Assembly: GCF_028641065.1 (NCBI RefSeq)
Contig: NC_073384.1
Location: 46,004,001 to 46,068,000 of the forward strand
DNA: 64,000 bases
From: Leucoraja erinacea
Taxonomy: Eukaryota
Direction: 5' to 3'
Program-made: the position numbers and the translations under genes
Part shown: positions 62,689 to 64,000 of the stretch, one piece after another
How positions within the stretch are numbered: position 1 is the first letter of the stretch
Layout: every line of letters begins with the position of its first letter
Notes under the pieces: generated by a model
What the model was told of the DNA's origin: nothing
Databases searched by the model: none
The model's input: only the letters and a program-made list of their open reading frames with translations

Positions 62689-64000
62689 GCGCGGGCAACA
62701 TTCAACCGTGGAAAGGATTATATTCCAGGTGTCAATGTGGTGATACTGAAACATACCTGCTTGCCACGTTAAGGTGGATTTCCAGAATATTGGATGGAAA
62801 AATGAAGTGAATAGCATAAAAATACTCCAGATGATCTTTAACAGTCTCCAGTCATTATAAGGGAGGTTGCTGTGAATGCAGGAAACAGAAGTTATTTGTT
62901 ATAATAAGGCAATGGATTCATGTCAATAACACTGGTTCCTTCAATGATGAACAGAAGGAAATGTTTCTTTAGGAGATGGAATATCATTGGTAATGATTCA
63001 AATGCACATTGTATAGAAAGGCTCTGCAAGCAAGTCCGTGTAGCTCTGTATAGCAAAGTTCTTTGCAAGTACTTCAATAGCAGACTTGGTGAATAAGCTT
63101 CTCAATTTTCCATACACCTCTTGAGGTCTCCATGGTTCAATTCTAGTATGAAAATAATTTCACACCCAGACATGATCAATTAAAAAAAAAAATACAGTTA
63201 TTGCCCATCTATGTGCAGATATTTCTGCTGGTAAGTTTCATGCCTTGCCCATCATCATGGAGCAAATATATAATAGAAGTGAATTTCTGTGAGGAGGATG
63301 TGCCATGGGCCCTCCTAAAGAAAAGCTTTGGTGTGGGTGAGTGACTGGTGTTGCTCAATGTAATTCTCTTGGAGAAGTGTGCGGGTGAAGCCCATGACTC
63401 TATGGCTCGGTAACTCTATGTCGACAGTCAGAACCTTTTTCGCAGGGTGAAAATGTCAAAGACAAGAGGACAAAGCTTTCATGAGAGGGGTGAAGAAGAA
63501 ACAAAATATGAAGAAACTAATGTTTTATGTTTTATTTAGTTTATTGTGGCTAGTTTCAATTTGGCTCCATTTCCCACTGTTCTCTATTTTCAAAATATCT
63601 CAGCCTTGAACATATTAACTTGGTCCCCACAGTGTCTATTCTCTTTCACTTGGCCATCAACTCTCCCCCAATTTTCCTGCCATTTACCTCTACAAAGGAT
63701 AATTTACAATAGCCAATTTTCAACATGCCAACCTGCTCATCTTTGGGATGAAGAAAAAACAGATCACCTGGGAAAACCCCATGCAGTCACAGAGTGACAT
63801 GCGGAGTGACATATTGTGTATTGGCTCAGTGTAATCTACAATTCTTACACTCCTGTACTCAGTATGATTATGCCTTTGTATAGTAGGATTTTTACTGAAC
63901 TGTATGCAAAAAAGGAATTTCACTGTACCTAGGTACATGTGACAATAAAGTACCATTCAACCATTAAAACTCAACATAGATAATATAAGTCACAACTAAA

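Overview
Vertebrate genomic DNA, most likely from a cartilaginous fish (inferred from HE1/V-SINE-like SINEs, CR1/HER1-like LINEs, Rex1/Babar LINEs and Penelope remnants). The only intact protein-coding gene is the two-exon homeobox gene SIX3 (+ strand, CDS 14690-15372 and 16968-17160, 291 aa). It sits in an ~18 kb transposon-free, CpG-retaining block (~6.5-24.3 kb) with several candidate conserved enhancers. The rest is a mosaic of decayed transposons (CR1, Rex1/Babar, Tc1, PIF/Harbinger and its MITEs, Gypsy pol, a solo LTR, V-SINEs), often nested, plus two assembly gaps. The most interesting signal is a dispersed family of about a dozen Penelope-derived short repeats carrying a minimal type-I hammerhead ribozyme motif (CUGAAGA-A-GGGU-CUCG-ACCC-GAAACGUC), several of them arranged as head-to-head inverted pairs. 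Also notable are a divergent pair of CTCF-like sites downstream of SIX3 (candidate SIX3/SIX2 TAD border) and an ancient degenerate ~25-29 bp tandem array at 26.6-32.2 kb. Boundaries of decayed repeats are approximate and read by eye.
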